NCBI GenBank assembly: GCA_965649765.1 | Contig: OZ287755.1 | Location: forward strand, 3,472,001-3,536,000 | DNA length: 64,000 bases | Direction: 5' to 3' | DNA from: Bispira polyomma | Lineage: Eukaryota | Shown here: positions 62,816 to 64,000 of the stretch, piece after piece | Position numbering within the stretch: position 1 is the first letter of the stretch | Layout: each line of letters starts with the position of its first letter | Notes under the pieces: model-generated | What the model was told of the DNA's origin: nothing | What the model saw: the letters and a program-made list of their open reading frames with translations, nothing else | The model's database searches: none | Position numbers and translations under genes: made by a program

Positions 62816-62989
62816 CTTGACACAAAGGCTCTGTCAAAGACCAGTTACCACTTGGTAAGCATTCTCTTGCAGGAGTACCACTGAGGATATATCCTTGATC
62901 ACACGAGTAGTTGGCAGTGGATGGAAAAGTGGTGTCACCAATAGAGATCTCTCCATTATCTGGGGCGTCTAAAGATCCACAGTCTATTG
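62816..62989 (-). CDS. Sushi/CCP domain exon
   Basis: Same; TPARE/CLPSG variant. Confidence 0.9.
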
Positions 62990-63381
62990 CTAAATATACA
63001 ACAATATTACCTAATGTAAACATGTGTATAACAATGTGATTTTATAATTGATATTAAAAAGATCTCATTACTACATGTTTTTGTTAGAATCAAATCAACT
63101 TGCATTCAGGAACATTCATCTAATGTGATTGTAACCAAGCAATTACTGTTAATATAACATTTGAAATAGCATGTTATTAACATGGACATCAACAACAATT
63201 TTTGCTATGTAATGGTCTGGCTAGTTTAGATGTTTTATTTATACAGAGGCAGACAAGTGAAACCACATCCCTAAAATGACAGGCTTACTAGTAAGATGTT
63301 TAAACTCAATTTGTGATGTGCCCATACTAATATTACAGTATTTGAGGTACATTTTAGTGGTGTAATTTGTTTTTATATTAC

Positions 63382-63555
63382 CTTGACACAACGGCTCTGT
63401 CAAAGACCAGTTACCATTTGGTAAGCATTCTCTTGTAGGAGTACCACTGAGGATATATCCTTGATCACACGAGTAGTTGGCAGTGGATGGAAAAGTGGTG
63501 TCACCAATAGAGATCTCTCCATTATCTGGGGCGTCTAAAGATCCACAGTCTATTG
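63382..63555 (-). CDS. Sushi/CCP domain exon
   Basis: Same; CLPNG/CQ variant. Confidence 0.9.
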
Positions 63556-63947
63556 CTAAATATACAACAATATTACCTAATGTAAACATGTGTATAACAA
63601 TGTGATTTTATAATTGATATTAAAAAGATCTCATTACTACATGTTTTTGTTAGAATCAAATCAACTTGCATTCAGGAACATTCATCTAATGTGATTGTAA
63701 CCAAGCAATTACTGTTAATATAACATTTTAAATAGCATGTTATTAACATGGACATCAACAACAATTTTTGCTATGTAATGGTCTGGCTAGTTTAGATGTT
63801 TTGTTTATACAGAAGCAGACAAGTGAAACCATATCACTAAAATGACAGGCTTACTGGTAAGATGTTTAAACTCAATTTGTGATGTGCCCATACTAATATT
63901 ACAGTATTTGAGGTACATTTTAGTGGTGTAATTTGTTTTTATATTAC

Positions 63948-64000
63948 CTTGACACAAAGGCTCTGTCAAAGACCAGTTACCACTTGGTAAGCATTCTCTT
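63948..64000 (-). CDS. Sushi/CCP domain exon (partial, cut by window edge)
   Basis: 3' part RECLPSGNWSLTEPLCQ and donor at 63946-63947. Confidence 0.85.

Larger units (their letters stand above)
58110..64000 (-). repeat. 566-bp tandem array of Sushi exon plus intron (10 full exons and 1 partial, runs off window)
   Basis: ORF track recurs at exact 566-bp period; units differ by a few SNPs only. Confidence 0.98.

Noticed and set aside
58145-63589. Ten separate small genes (mostly 116 aa) suggested by the ORF track
   Set aside because: Only the 174-nt core bounded by AG/GT matches Sushi; flanks are intron read-through, and one unit has a stop in that flank (61047).

Overview
AT-rich animal genomic DNA (invertebrate, mollusc/lophotrochozoan-like judged by its SINE/LINE content; inference). 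Bases 1-55 kb are mostly decayed transposons. They are dominated by seven tyrosine-recombinase (YR) retrotransposon copies or fragments of the Ngaro type, from two families. One copy (25520-31963, minus) is structurally complete, with A1-ORFs-B1-A2-spacer-B2 split direct repeats. Also present are L2, L1/Tx1, Vingi/RTE-like and possibly Penelope remnants, a Harbinger remnant filled with a 46-bp minisatellite, several MITEs, a solo LTR and tRNA-SINEs. Comparing the YR copies suggests a retrovirus-like expression programme. A conserved phase-1 splice donor in mid-gag and an acceptor before the YR frame would make a GagN-YR fusion. Family A has an in-frame UAG between gag and pol (readthrough), and family B has an A_AAA_AAC + hairpin -1 frameshift signal. 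Bases 55.7-64 kb hold the 3' part of a minus-strand host gene. At least 11 near-identical 566-bp exon+intron units each encode one Sushi/CCP domain. Three further exons would encode a Spaetzle/neurotrophin-like cystine knot with a long basic (S-T/S-K)n insert. An inverted, MITE-disrupted copy of the Sushi unit lies at 41.5-42.6 kb. All calls are from manual reading; no searches were run.
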